A stretch of 64,000 nt of DNA, taken from contig NW_003314348.1 in assembly GCF_000143415.4 (NCBI RefSeq), positions 310,422-374,421 of the forward strand. Reading direction: 5' to 3'. Both the position numbers and the translations under genes were made by a program. The stretch comes from Selaginella moellendorffii (Eukaryota > Plantae > Lycopodiophyta). The notes beneath the pieces were generated by a model. That model ran no database searches. It was not told the DNA's origin and was given only the letters and a program-made list of their open reading frames with translations. The number at the start of each line of letters is the position of its first letter. Position 1 is the first letter of the stretch. Of the stretch, positions 25,810 to 39,583 are shown one piece after another.

Positions 25810-26270
25810 GTGCCAAGATGTAGCATCGCCTATAAAAGATATAATAGATATATTATCTAAAAAAGCAGAAACATATCCAGCGGTCTTACCGGGCTTTTGG
25901 CCAGGCCTCGTGTTTCTGAGCTAGTTGACGACGAGGGCGTCTCGCCAGTCCCGGTCTTGGCCTTTGCTCCTCGCAAAGTCCTCACGGTAGGAATTAACTC
26001 CCGATGGGTCCTTCCAGATGCCTCTGAGTTTCTCGTTTGCAGCGTTGAAAGATCTCTTCTCGTCGAGAGGGAGATCAAAGAACTCGCGCGCCAGGTCGAT
26101 GCTTTGGACGCTGGACGCTGGAACTCCATGGTTTGTAGCCTGAAAATGTGTAAAAATCCTGTCGATAGAATGTAAGTACTATCGGCCACCGCCTTGATTA
26201 TCTCACAGCGTTCGCCACTAAAATCAATCACTGGAATTGCCGGGTCAAGTTTGGCTTGCGACGCTGCCAT
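25810..26270 (-). pseudogene. Truncated 2OG-Fe(II) dioxygenase paralog (DIOX_N only)
   Basis: IPVIDFSG, NHGVP, AREFFDLPLDEK, DWRD motifs; in-frame stop; no catalytic half. Confidence 0.75.
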
Positions 26271-26476
26271 AACTCGTAGTAATTCACGCGTTCGACGTTG
26301 TAGATGTTTGAGAGGAGAAAAAATGTCTTATATAGAAGTCTGTCCACCACTCAAGACGCCCAGAAAACTGTAGCCTCAAACACTGCCGTGCAGAGCAAAC
26401 AAAGTCTTTAGTCTTCCTACGCAAACTTCCAACTTCTTAGAAGACAGATTATTATATGTTCATGCCATTGTTCTTC

Positions 26477-27696
26477 TCAAACTTTAGCACCATGGTCGAG
26501 CTTAACATAGTCCAAGCTCCTTTTGCCATCAAGCCCCTTGGCGTAGAACTGGGTCAAATAGTCTTTGATGACGCATTCCCTGTAGAGAGGAGGATTTTTT
26601 TCGCTTACCATCTCTGGCAGGGGGCCGACCACTGTGTCCAGTCCAGGCCCAAAAAACGCAACCACGGACAATCGCGACTTCTCAGGATGTGCTCGAACTC
26701 GGTGCTCGGCGCTCTTGTATTTTGCATTCGTGATTATCTGGAAACTTCGATCCTTAACAATGGTATTGGGAAAAAAAGAAGGAAATTTACCTGTAACTGA
26801 TCAGCAATGTTGACGACGAAGGCATCTTTCACTGGCTTTACCGCAAACCATTGACCATGTTTGCAAACTTCCAGTCCCCCAACGTCGTCTTGGATGAGGA
26901 TGCTGATAGCACGGGGGTCCGAGTGAGCCGACAGGCCCTTGACAAGCTCCGGTGTGTGGTATGGAAGGTAGTAGTTCATGATGCATATGATCTTCTCGCC
27001 CATTACCTTAAGATCGTAACTATTCTCCAAGCCAAGGCCCTTGGAAATATTATCGAGCAAGCAGTGTCCAAAGGCTGAGACCTGGTCATGGTACTTTTTC
27101 ATCACTTCCCTGTTGCATCAATTTTGATTCAAGGACTCTTAGGCAAGAAAAAACTTTACCTGAAGCAACTCGGTGACTCTGGCCAAATGTCCTCCTGTCG
27201 AGCAAGACTATAGTCCAGCCTGAGGAAATACTTTAAGTCGATTGCTTTCTCGTCTTTCCTGTTGTTAAATCCAGAGCCATATCTATTGAAATGCCATAAG
27301 ATTCTTGTTAGTTTTTATCTTTTATCTTTCTCTACCTGTATGCTTCAGATGGATCATCACTGAGTTTATTCCCCAATGAATTATAGGCTTCATTCTCCTC
27401 TGATGTCTGATTGAAAATTTCTTTGGCTAGTTTGAGGACATTTTTCATACTAGCAATTGGAACGCCATGATTTATTGCCTAGACAGGAGGGACAATTGAA
27501 AGAGATAAAATGAAGAACCTTTCCCTACCTGGAAAAAACCCCATTCTTGGCAAGCCCAAGCTATAGCATCTACTATATACTTGGGATCACCAGAGAAATC
27601 AATTATTGGAACTTGAGAATCATCAAGAACTTCTGCCTCTTGAAACCTATTGTTCAGATCTTGGAGATAATTCTCTTCTGGTGCAACTCTACCCAT
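26477..27696 (-). CDS. 2-oxoglutarate/Fe(II)-dependent dioxygenase (DOXC class), 5 exons
   Basis: VPIIDFSG..ACQEWGFFQ, NHGVP, NYY, HSD...H iron triad (AHSDP, AEHRV), RLS motif; GT-AG introns; start codon uncertain. Confidence 0.88.
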
Positions 27697-27820
27697 ATCC
27701 AAAGTGAAATAATCTGTATGTGCGAGTGTTATGGGAAGGAAGACAACCAATCAATTGTTAGTTGCTGAACTTTTTGGGCCGCCGGATCCAGCCAATCACA
27801 GCCGTTCGATGGGGGGTAAC

Positions 27821-28510
27821 TGTTAAAGGGTTTATATCCAAATTTCATTCTATGATCATATATGTTATAAAGACCTTAAGTTTAAAACTCTTTAACAAAC
27901 CAAATTAGGGTTGAGACTAAGGGTTAGTAGCTTTGGGTGGGAGTAGGCATAGACTTGAGGAGTGCTAAAGAGGCTTCTCAAGAAAATGTTTAAAAATAAT
28001 TCTCACTCCTAAAAGGGAAATTGACTATATTGTTCATAGCTCAAATGGAATGGAATACTGAAACTATTGAACTAGAAATTGACTATATTGTTCATAGCTC
28101 AAATGGAATACTTAAACTATTTAAATACCATAACGCTCATTAGTCCTCATCCTTTCCTAGGGGTTTGGGCCTTTCTTTTGGGATGGAAGTGGGGAGTTGA
28201 GGTAATATTAAGCTACTTAGCCACAATGTTTACCCTTAAGGTCTTGAATTAATAAATGCACCTAAGGCTTGGGATTTAGAGGGTATAAATCTTGCTATAT
28301 TATAGGATATTAAGAACTTAAAGGCTTGGTGTGCTTAATTGCTTATACTTGTAGAAAGAGTAGTCAAACCTTAACTCCAATCTAACCCAAGGAGGGGGAT
28401 TACAAGAAAGTTTAAGAATTCATAAAGAGTTGGCACATTTCTCATGCAATAAATAGTTAAACTTAGGTGGGACTAAGCCAGAGCTAATATAATAGGCATG
28501 AACTTTGGTA
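27821..28510 (+). repeat. Old AT-drifted LTR relic of the chromovirus LTR family
   Basis: Collinear with about 4265-4830 (e.g. GGGATGGAAGTGGGG, AAGGCTTGGGATTTAGAGGGT, GGAGGGGGATT) with mostly C>T/G>A changes. Confidence 0.75.
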
Positions 28511-30279
28511 AAGAACAATATAGACCATATATTTAAAATACTAATATATTCCCAAAGCGAGAAAAGAAGAATTAGTAAATAAATATTATTGATAAAGATA
28601 ATATATGCAAAGTACTACTTGGGAATATAAATATATTTAGAGTACTAAAATTTATTAAAACTTAATACCCAACCTAAAGAAAAGTTAAACAAAACTTGCC
28701 AAGAATAAATTTCTTATAGTTATGAGAATATAAATAAATTTAGTACACTCCCAAACAAAAAAAGGAAATGAAGAATTACTAACAAAGAATTTTCTTAATT
28801 AGATGTTATATGTAAATTATGTTTTTACTTGGGATACAAACAAATTTAAAATCCAAAAATGGTAAGAAAACTAATATATTACTACCCAGATTCAAACAAA
28901 AGTAAAGAAGAATTACTAAGATTAATTATTATTATTTTAGGGAAGATAACTAAGATTTTAAGAAAATTAGACCCCACAAAGGATTGCTCATTGAAAAAAA
29001 ATAGCACTATTGAAAATCTAATGTCTAACCTAGAATGTCATTAAAGAGATAGAAGAATCCCCATTGAGAATTGAGGGAGTGGCCTTACTCAATAGAGTGG
29101 AATTAGAATCACTAGCTACTGCTGCCATTAGAGCTTGCATGAAGCAATTGACTAACTTTGGGTTAATTACAGATGTTGGCCCAAAGAACTGCTTAATTTT
29201 TGCCATGTCATTGAGCACATGCAAAACTTACAATAGTTTTTTTTTTTTTTTCTCGACAGACAATAGGGACAGTCACCTTGCATGCAACACATGTCACAGC
29301 ACCTTCCTCTCCTACCCCACGCAGTTTGGCTGCCTCCCATTAACCAGGAGCAAACATAAATAAATAAATAAATATATCAAACTTAATTTTATACTTGATC
29401 TTAAACTTAGTCTCATCCAATGAACTATTTATTTTTGCTCAGTAAGGGTTATTAGTTAATAGTCAATGAGGATATTAACATCTCTAAAAGGAGTGTAACA
29501 CATGATCATCTTTATAAATATACTAAACCATTAGGAGTACTACTAATGTTGTCAACATCATCTTTTGTTTAGTTTGAGGATTGTGAGTGCACATTTATGG
29601 ATCTTAAAGAGGTTTGATGACTCCTCCAATTTTAATATCTCTTGACTACACTCAAGCTTTCATTTTTCACATGGATGTTTTTTATATTAATCTTGGGGAT
29701 GTATTGATACAATAAAGCACAAGTGTATTTGGTTAGCATCACCTTATTACGTATATCAGCCGTATGTTGTAACTAGTAGAGGTGAACTATTTCATAATTT
29801 AGGAGGGTTCAACAACAATTTAGAGTTTTGAGAAGCTTCATACATATTTGCATAGTTCTTGGACATTATTAAAAGGTGATCATGTTGTGGTTACTTTATT
29901 ATTAAAGCAATAGAATCATACTATTTGGTAAGCTTTGAATTTCTAAATATATAATTTCAAAGTTATTATTGCTTAAGGAGTTATATAGCTAATACTAACA
30001 CCCTTTTTTGTGCTTCTCTCCTTTCTTCACTCTCTTCTTTTATTCCTAATGAGCCTATTGTTCTAGCATTAATAGATTTTTTGAAAAAGAATTCTATACT
30101 ATCAGTAATTATTGTACTTAATGTTTAATTTTCATAAAATATGGAGTAAATTTTACCTTCTCTTGACAAGGTTTGTAAGGTTTGTAAAGTTGAGTTATAT
30201 ATTTGAAGTCTTTGTGATGAGTTTATAAAACCTACATCACTTGCTCATGATTTATTGTTATAGCATTTATATTCTCAAT

Positions 30280-30680
30280 ATCACTTTGAGGACAACTTTC
30301 TTTATTTTGTGAAGATTGATCCTAATAATTTATTATGGTTTGTGGTGCTTGTTTAGCATGGATTCTTTCAGATAATAGTCTTGCATTTATAGTTGAGACA
30401 TTTCATAATTTGATATCTCGGTTAGGGATATACTATACTTTCATGAGTGTTTATCATCTAGAAATAGATGGTTTGGTTAAATAGTTAATTGAAACCTTCA
30501 AAAAAATAATTGAAAGGATAATTATGAAGTATGTGAAATTTTAACATTTGGATTGAGATGGTTATTTATTATCTCTTCAATATGTATAAGTTATAGGGGT
30601 ATAAAGTTTCATTAGTGCTTCAACATATAAACTTTTATATGGTCATAATACTATATTGTCAACTAAGTTGAGTCTATTTT
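30280..30680 (+). pseudogene. Highly degenerate retrotransposon integrase relic in an AT-rich block (about 28.5-31.3 kb)
   Basis: ILSDN..F and YHLEIDGLVK.LIETFKKII, resembling SDNG..F / YHPQTDGLVERLNQTLK. Confidence 0.5.
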
Positions 30681-31802
30681 TAAGATTGCCATGATCTACT
30701 GATGTTAGGTTTTATAATGATGTGAGGGCACTCATAATTAGTATTTGATAAGTGTTAGTTTATTAGTTTGAATAGAATCTATTAAACACTTAAGCCATGT
30801 ACAAGTGGGACAATAGTAGAGATACAACTCTTATCATTATCCACCTACAAATTAATTTATTTTCTTAATCATATGATATATAATTTATCTAAAAGGCTCC
30901 TTGCTCAATAGAATGGGATTATATCAAGTATGATGGCAAATTGAATTGTAAGTTTATGAAGTTTGGCATGATATACCAATCCTCCAGAAATTGTTTATAT
31001 GCAATTGAATCACTTAGATCATAACTAATTAGCATTGCTTATAGATCCTTTGATGCTTCCTCATGATATTCCTTCAAATACCAGTCGATTAACTAGATAA
31101 CTTTAATTGCCTTCTATTCTTTTGAGAGAAGTATGGCTATATACATTTAATTGTGTAGTGAGATTTTAGTAGTCATTAGATTGGTTTCAATCTAAACTAC
31201 TCTCATAAAGGTAGTTAAAAATATTTTTATTATTAAATGATTAAGTTTTAAATAAATATTTATAAAAAATGAAAATATACCCTATATTATATTTATTTTA
31301 TAGATGATATATTTAGACCTTGTAGCACATAAAAATACTCCAAAAGTACTTCTTCTTCATTTCATTTGGCTCACTTCATTGCTCTTGTTTTTGACCCCAG
31401 GGCAATTGAGCCATGCTACTGCAGCCATGGCACAAGCCCTTTGCAGCCTTCTTGCCATGGATGGCACAGCTACTGGATCACGCATGTTGGAGCCTTTTCT
31501 ACCCCACGGCCCCATAACCTTCATAAACAGTTATCTATCTATTTATCTGGCACTTTGGCTTCTGTTTTGTGAGCCACCCACAAATGGTTGGCCTTGGCTT
31601 GTGATATTTGAGATTGCTCAATGTTAAAAACAATTTAAAAAAGATGACTGTGCACAAAGCTCTAGACGTTGGGCCTCTTATATAGTTAGCTAAATCCCTT
31701 AATTTAACGTATTATATTTTTGAAAAAAGTTCTATTTAATGCAACTTTTAGACATTGCTTTTATGGTTTATAAATCCTTTACTGTTAGCTTTAAACCTCT
31801 TC

Positions 31803-33446
31803 CTATATGCTTCGATTCTGTAGCTGCAAAAGCCTGTAGGCCCTGCTCGCAGCGTAATTTCCCAGCTTGAGCTCCTGTTGTAGCTTGCAAGCACCAGCCA
31901 AAGTGCTCCATGCAACATCGTTGGGAAAGAATGGCATGTTGTTGATCAGTTCATCGGCCTGACTGAGCTCCCCCGACCTCGCAAGTATGTCCACCATGCA
32001 AGCATAATGCTCCGCCGCGGGAGTCAATCCAAACTGCGATACCATGCTTGTGAAGCACCACCAGCTGATCTTTACAAGCCCCGCATGGCTGCACGCGATG
32101 ATTACGCCCAGAAATGATACCTGGTTCGCCTTGAATCCTTGCACGACCATATCCAGCAGCAACTCCACACACTCGTGGACGCATCCAATGCGCGCAAACG
32201 CTGCGATGAGCGAGTTCCACGACAGCAAATCTCTGCCAGGCATCCTCTCGAACACCCGCTTGGAGGAGCTCGGCTGGCCGTTCAAAGCATACATGGCCAG
32301 CACGGAGTTCCACGACGCCACCTGAGAGTGCGGCATTTGCGTGAGGATCCTCACGGCGTCCTCGACGTAGCCGCTCTGGCCAAAGACCACAATTATCGAG
32401 TTCCACGACACGGAGCTTCGCGCGGGCATCGTGTCGAAAGTCAACTTCGCCTCCTCGACCCGGCACTGCTGACCATATATTCGAATGAGCACCGTCCATG
32501 AGACGACGTCCTTCTCGGGCATGGCATCAAAGATTCTCTTGGCCTGGCGGAGATGCCCGTTTTGGGCGTAAGCAGCAATCAAGGTGTTCCATGACACGGC
32601 ATTCCACTCGGGCATCCTGTCGAAAGTCCGCTGTGCTTGCTGCAAGTAGCCGGACTGCCCGTATGCGTCCACCATGGCTGTCCAGGAAATGATGTTCCTC
32701 TCGGGCATCCCCGCAAAGAGCCTCTTGGCCGCCTCCAGCTCGCCATTCAAGACGTAAGCCTGAAAGAGAGCGTTCCACGACGCGGTGTTGTGCTCCGGCA
32801 TCCTGTGGAACAAGCGCTCGGCCTGGCGGAGCTCCGAGTTCTCGCCATATCCCGAGATCATGGAATTCCACGAGACCAAGCTCAAGAAAGGCATCTTGAC
32901 AAACAGCCCCACAGCTTCATTTAAATGCCCGTTTTGGGCAAATGCTGCAACCATAGCGGACCATGCTACAAGATTTCTCTCCGGCATTTCGTCGAAAACC
33001 ATCTTTGCTTCTATCAAATAGTTGCTTTGTGCAAAAGCTACAAGCATGCTCGTCCACGACACGACGTTTCTCTCGGGCATGGCTTGGAAGAGTTTTCTCG
33101 CTTCCTCGACATGCCCGTTCCGGGCATATGCTTGGATCATGATGCTCCAGCTGAAAACGTTGGGGTCCCGGATGCTGGCAAAGATCCTCTGGGCCTCCTC
33201 GACGCTTCCGCAGTCGCCATACATCTGGACAAGGATATTTGCCACGAATCTATCGTCCCGGAACTCGCTGTCCAGAATGCGCGAGTGGAGAAGCCTTGCC
33301 TGCGTTAGATCACCCACCTCGCGCACCAGACGCTCGATCAAATCGCGACGCTCCTGCCGCCGCTGCTGGATTTGGGTTCCCAGTCGCTCTCGCGGCTCCG
33401 ATCCGTGTCGACACAGCGGATCGGCGCAAAGATTCATTCCATACAA
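31803..33446 (-). CDS. PLS-class pentatricopeptide repeat protein, ending within the E domain
   Basis: 547-aa ORF with repeated ..F..MPE.N.VSW units, ACSHAG, EHYACMVDILARSG; no E+/DYW. Confidence 0.9.
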   Translation of the reverse strand: MYGMNLCADPLCRHGSEPRERLGTQIQQRRQERRDLIERLVREVGDLTQARLLHSRILDSEFRDDRFVANILVQMYGDCGSVEEAQRIFASIRDPNVFSWSIMIQAYARNGHVEEARKLFQAMPERNVVSWTSMLVAFAQSNYLIEAKMVFDEMPERNLVAWSAMVAAFAQNGHLNEAVGLFVKMPFLSLVSWNSMISGYGENSELRQAERLFHRMPEHNTASWNALFQAYVLNGELEAAKRLFAGMPERNIISWTAMVDAYGQSGYLQQAQRTFDRMPEWNAVSWNTLIAAYAQNGHLRQAKRIFDAMPEKDVVSWTVLIRIYGQQCRVEEAKLTFDTMPARSSVSWNSIIVVFGQSGYVEDAVRILTQMPHSQVASWNSVLAMYALNGQPSSSKRVFERMPGRDLLSWNSLIAAFARIGCVHECVELLLDMVVQGFKANQVSFLGVIIACSHAGLVKISWWCFTSMVSQFGLTPAAEHYACMVDILARSGELSQADELINNMPFFPNDVAWSTLAGACKLQQELKLGNYAASRAYRLLQLQNRSI

Positions 33447-34526
33447 GTTTTTCTTCTTTTGTGATTTGGCAAAACTACCAGTGTCTGCAAGTTTTCAAGA
33501 GGACCACTTCATTCTCTTTCGAATATTACAACAAACAATGATCTTAGGTGATTCTCTACTTGATTATTGGAAAACCAAAGCATCATCCTTCTCTCTTTTT
33601 CTCTCTCTTTTTTCTTTCATAGAAGAAACCATTTTCACGAAGGAAAATGGGGATCATGCATTGCCGCTAGATAAACCCAAAGGATCGAATCATTGTCAAC
33701 GGGAGCGAGCTAAAGAAAGAACTCATCCACTTTGCGTGGCAAACTTATTTGCTTTCTTTTTTTTCGTGCTCCCGTTTCTCGAAACAGTACGGAGATTCGA
33801 ATGGAAGAATCAAAAGTTGACTCTTGCGAGTGAGGGCGCTTAACAATAATTTGATTGCGGTTTGCTTAATTCCGGGACTTGCATTTTAAATCCTCGCAAA
33901 AGACACACATCCCATCTCATTTGTACACGGTACAACAAAAACACACACCCAAACACACTCTCTCTCTCGTAGTTCCCCTTACATTCTTTTAGCGCTTTAG
34001 TTCTCTTCTCTGGGGTGATCTTTGTCTTGCGGCTTGCCCTTCCAAAAATCGCAAGCTTGCGCGCCCACTTCGATGATCCAGCAGTACGCAAGCGCTGGCT
34101 CTAGAAGCTCGTCAGCAGCAGCAGCGCGCTTTGCCGGGGATGATCCTCTTCTTCCTAGTGATCATGCGGCTTCCTTTGGATGAGATCCATGTCACAGCTT
34201 TCTCGATCACGATCCCACCACTACTTGCTCCCCACAGATCCCAAGATATGAGCAGGAAGAACACCACCACCGCCACCACTGCCGTGCTACAATCGAGTTC
34301 GAGGGGCGACAAAGTTTCCTCTTCTATCCGAAAGTCTCGGTTTTGATCCACTCGTCGATCCATCCATGGCTTTGTGTATCAGTCACCTCCAGTCCAGAGC
34401 AGTACTGAGTGATACTTCGATTTGATATCACTTACACATCTTGGGAGTGATCTTGATCCATAGGAGAGGAAAGGAAGTAAACAAGCGAGAAGGGGGAACG
34501 GTCGACTATCAAATTACTCCCCCGGA

Positions 34527-35944
34527 ATGATGCAGCAGCTCGATCAAAAGGACAAAGCCGTGGCTCGCGAGGAACACTGTGCCAAGAGCCACTCGCAAGC
34601 AAACAACAGCTCCAGCAATACGGAGGAGGAACAGGCACACAAGAGCATGAGCGTCAGCTCGCCCGAGAGCTCCTCGGCGGGGACGAATTCAGGCAAGAGC
34701 TGCGACAGCAGCAGCCGCAAGAACAGCAGCAGCAGCGCCGCCACCGCGGGCGGCGTCCGGCAGTACGTGCGATCCAAAATGCCGCGCCTCCGATGGACGC
34801 CGGACCTCCACCACTGCTTCGTCAATGCCGTGGAGCGGCTGGGCGGCCAGGACAGTGAGTATCTTGTTCGCGCTTGTTTGATCTTCTCATGGATCATCAA
34901 ACGGGTTTTTATATCATAGTACCATCTTCTTTCCTTTCAAGATCTTGATCACTTTTGCTTCGTTTGTGTTGCTCAGGAGCCACTCCCAAGCTGGTTCTAC
35001 AGCTCATGGATGTCAAAGGATTGACAATTGCGCATGTCAAGAGCCATTTGCAGGTTCCACTTCTTTTCCTGCATTCGTTTATTTTGGGAAAAACTGCAAT
35101 TTGGTTTCAACTTCGCAGATGTATCGGAGCATGAAGAATGATGAGAATCACGGCCAAGGTCAGTGCAAAACTTATTTTGTCAGTCAGACGCATTCCCCGA
35201 TCCAAAGTAAAAAAGCTTTGTGGTTTTCGCTCGTTTTTTCGTATTCTTTTTTCTGTAGCGAGTTCCGAGGCAGGCCAGGATCATCTGGCGTTGATTGACG
35301 ATCGGAGCTCCCTCGTCGGCACCGCCTTTGCATCTTCTCTACAGCAACACCTTGATCTTGGACACCATCACCCACACGAAAGCTTTGCAGCCTTCCAGCA
35401 ACAGGAACAGCAGCAGCAGCACTTCTTCTGCCGTCCTGTGCTTCAGCCACTCGCCAGGTATTTCAATCTCACTGGGATATCACCCAAGTCTGACGAGTGA
35501 TTTCCTGCTTTGCTCATCCGTGGAACCGTGCCTCTCGATCCAATCCTGAAGGCACCACCACCACCAACACCAGCAGGAGCATGGGTTTATGGTGGAGAGC
35601 TCGAGCTCGTCGGGCCTGCGAAGCCACAGGAGCCTGCCAAACGATCTCGTCCACCTCAACGACTACTGGCTGAATTTGCAGACGCACAAGCAGATCAGCC
35701 CCGGGAGCAGCAGCAGCAATTACAGCAGCCGATCCGAGTGGACTCAGAATCATCTCATGCAGATCGATCACCACCACCACCACCACCGAGCTGCGCAGCA
35801 GGCAGCGATTAACAACAACAGCAACGTAATTGACAACAACATCAACAACAGGCATCGAGTTTTCGAGGAGCTGAGGAAGCAGAGACTTGTTCTCGACTCC
35901 TCCTCGCACAGCACCCACGCAACGATGCAACTCCTGGTCAGTAC

Positions 35945-36003
<59 letters not shown>

Positions 36004-36290
36004 TCCGTGTGATTGGTTTTCATCGTTTCTCTTTTTGGAAACAGGACCGGATGAACAATCGAAGATCAAGCCCCGACTCTACTGACGATGACGACGATGA
36101 TGATGGCAGTAACTTATCACTGTCACTAACAAGTTCCCCCGCTGGCATGAAGAACAAGGCAAAGCGGCGAAACGGGAAATACATTCGCAGGGGCAGCAGC
36201 AGCACTAGTAGCGGGCAGCCGGATCAAAATCGCGGGGAGCCGGTCATAAGATTGGATCTCACGCTCTCCATCGCCCACAAATCACCGTGA
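34527..36290 (+). CDS. GARP/G2-like MYB (SHLQMYR type) transcription factor, multi-exon
   Basis: VRQYVRSKMPRLRWTPDLH..ATPKLVLQLM..LTIAHVKSHLQMYR across GT-AG introns; C-terminal LSLSL and LDLTL EAR-like motifs. Confidence 0.9.
35949..36003. repeat. (CT)n(CA)n compound microsatellite, intronic
   Basis: Direct sequence. Confidence 0.95.
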
Positions 36291-39200
36291 TCAATCAATC
36301 AATCAACAGCAAACTCAACTAAAGTTGGAAGCTAACTCGAACTGAATATTTTGCTAATCTACTATGCATGAACCTAGTCACCTATTCCTTTTTCTTTCGA
36401 GCGTGAGAGATGCCAGACACAATTCTCCTGCGCGTGTTCGTCGCTGATCCATTCAAAACTTCCTGAGTGAAACTTACGAACTCTGCGCCACGGCTGAGCA
36501 ATAGCTTTCTTTGATTTGACAAAGCAAAGCTCTGGATCCACAGCAAGGAACTGCTTGAAAAGTCTGTTTTGTTTAAATGGAAGCGAACCATTGAAATGGA
36601 GATCGTAGCTCCCCCCATGGCTGTCGTCACCACCTTCGTACTGCAACACTCCACAGTTGTTGTACAGTTGGCTCCTCTTCTCCGTTAGAGCTTACGTTAC
36701 GAACACTCGAGCAGTCGGTCAAACTACACAAAGAAAAATAGAAAGAAAATGAGAAACCACGGAATGTAAAGCAACTAGAAATGGAAGGATTAAGAAACTC
36801 TAGCGTGATTTTAATCGGCTCTGGCTGGACTGCACATATAACTTCACAATTGTTTATATGCGGCTGCAGGAGCGAGCAGACGCGAAGCGTTACCTAAGCC
36901 TCCTCCGGTGATTATCTCTAAAAAGTTCTCATATCACAGGAGATTAATCGAAGAAAAAGAGGGAGACGATTGTCTATCATGCCATCATTTGCATGCTGCA
37001 GCTCCGGACATGGTCCTCAAGAGCAAACAAACAAAGTATTTCTGCTGGCTAGCTGTACTTGGCTTGTGGACTTTTCATCCATGCGAGAAAAGAAAGAGAA
37101 AAAGAAGAAGAATCCTGCCGTGAACTCTCTTCATTCCCCAGAATGTCACGGAGATGATTGATCGATCCATGCAACACTGCAGGGATTGATCGATCCATCT
37201 ATCCGACTCCAACACAAGAGTGTGGGTGGTCAGGGAGAGTCAAGCAAGGCACTCGAGAGATCACCATCCATCAATCTAATCTCTCTAAATCCAAAGTTAA
37301 GAAGCTCAAGCTTTCCAGCCGACCCAGAGGGGGCTTTAATGCTCTCTCGGACGCTTCTTTCCTGCCAAAAGATTTGTTTACGAACCCGGAGAGAAAAAAA
37401 AAGAGCGAACTTACGTTTTGGATGATAGCTAGTCAATATCCTTCACACTGTTGCAGAGCCTCACGTTTGTTTCCTGGTCAATGTCCACAGAGAACTCTAA
37501 AGAAAAAATAAAAGAGAAAAACAGAAAACGGAATAAAAAATTCCTTAGCAGACCAGAAAATAGCATAGCCGACTGTGCACCTCTAGCTTCTACCAAGAAC
37601 CAACCACGAATAAACTCTAAAATCAGAGCAAATGCGAGCTAGCTACAATCTATAGAGAGAACACTATACTACACCAGGCAGTCAGCAGATTTCACCTTCC
37701 TGCAAGGAAGGAGGATGGAATCATTCATGAAGAACTTGAATGCCAACATTTATTCTGTGCTGTGCGCTTTGTCGTCACACAAGGTAGAGGACTTCCTTAC
37801 ACACAAGACTCACATACACACACACCCACACAGGAGAACTCATCAAAAAGAGTTTGACAAGAAACCAGGAAGAAAAGATAAAGCAAAATCATGTCACATA
37901 CCTTGGAACAACATAGATGTTCGGTTCGAGGCATTAATGTCGCTCCAAAGCAGCCTCGATCGAGTGTCACCCTCGACTGCAAAACGACATTCTCCATCTT
38001 AGCACATTTGTGGACGATGTAATAAAAACCATGAGCAAAAACAAACGGGCACACTCCAAACAGAGCAGTGCGCAACAACGAACGCAAAACATACCTCCTT
38101 CACCAAACTTTTCCCCTCTTTGCTCCCCAATGCACGTCTCTGTCCCAGAAGCAGGCGATGCTTCCACTTCACATCCATTCGAATCCGATCGCTTCAGCCT
38201 TTTATCTTTAAAAACCAAAAGGAGGAATTAATATAAAGCGAAAGAGAAAAGAGAAAAATAAAAAAAGTGGTAAAAGAAACTTCCTGGACGTGCGTCTAGG
38301 TTGGTGTCATTAAAATCTCTCCTCGTTGATTGCCTAGACGTGCTGCAGTAGCAGCTGCAAAATTCTGGCCCTGCTTCTATACTTCTCCCCTGCACAGAAG
38401 CGATACAGAACGACACTAGTTTTTTCCTCCCGGCTCGACTCGACTCGAGAGTCATGTCTTAGAAAACAAACAGGGGTGCGTTACGAACCAGATATCCATA
38501 GCCTGCCCCGGCTGCCCGTTAGAACCTTAAATATGCCATGCTTGACATTCTATGTCTGCTGCATTTGCTGCTGCGCATCAGGAAAACGATGGTCATACTC
38601 CACAGAGTCCACCCGAAACAAACAAAGCAAGAAACATATTAAATGACTGGAGGGGTGTGTGTACTCGGCAATACTTACTTGTTCTTCGTCTTCTATTTCC
38701 AGGGTCTAGATTCTCCATTCACAATAGCATGTCAACGTTTGAGTGTTTGGCCACCACCACCACGGACGTGCTTGATTGTTCTTTCTTTGTCTCGTAATTT
38801 CACTGCGAGGCATCGAAGGAATTAGGTAGGTAGATGGACTGATAAAAAAGAAGTCACCAGTCAAGCGTAAGCAAAGCTCCTAAATCAGAAAAGTAGCAAA
38901 GCGTACCCGCGCATATAACATTCCCTCTCGGTTATTCCTTGTTCCTTGCAGCAGCTACAAGTCCGGAAAAGAAAGGAAGAAAAAAAAAAGAGAACATCAC
39001 CATCAGATCAAGCAAAGCGAGAAATATAAAGAGAAATTCCACTCACGAAACTTTATAAGCGCTTGCATGAGAGAATCAGTCGTTCTCCTCCACCATCTCT
39101 GAGATGGATGCTCAAAGGGTCATCCGATAGTTGCCTCTACCAAATCCAGAATATATTGCACCAAACCAAGGACACTCCCCGTGGATCGACAGATTGCAAC

Positions 39201-39583
39201 CTTCAACAAGATCCAAAAGCCAAGCATTAGTAGGTGCCAAAACCAACAAAGAAATGTAAGAAGTATCAAAAGCTTCAGGCTCTCAACAAACAGCCCATAC
39301 CCCGTAACTGCACCAGTCGATGTCAATCGCCTTGTTGCTTGCTTGCTTCCTTCCTTCCACCTTGAAAAAACCAAGTCCCCCGCAAGGACGAAAGAAGGAA
39401 ACGGAGAAAACAAAGCAGAATTGAATGAAGCGAAGCTGCCAAAAACTTTGGAACCAAACCCGGTCGTTTTAAGTCGGATCATTGAAAACTCTGTTTGCTG
39501 ATGATATACAGAAGAAAAAACGACTTTAGTCTGTTGTTCTCCCCCCCAATCACCCCGCTATCCCCTGTGTAAAGTGTCCCTTT

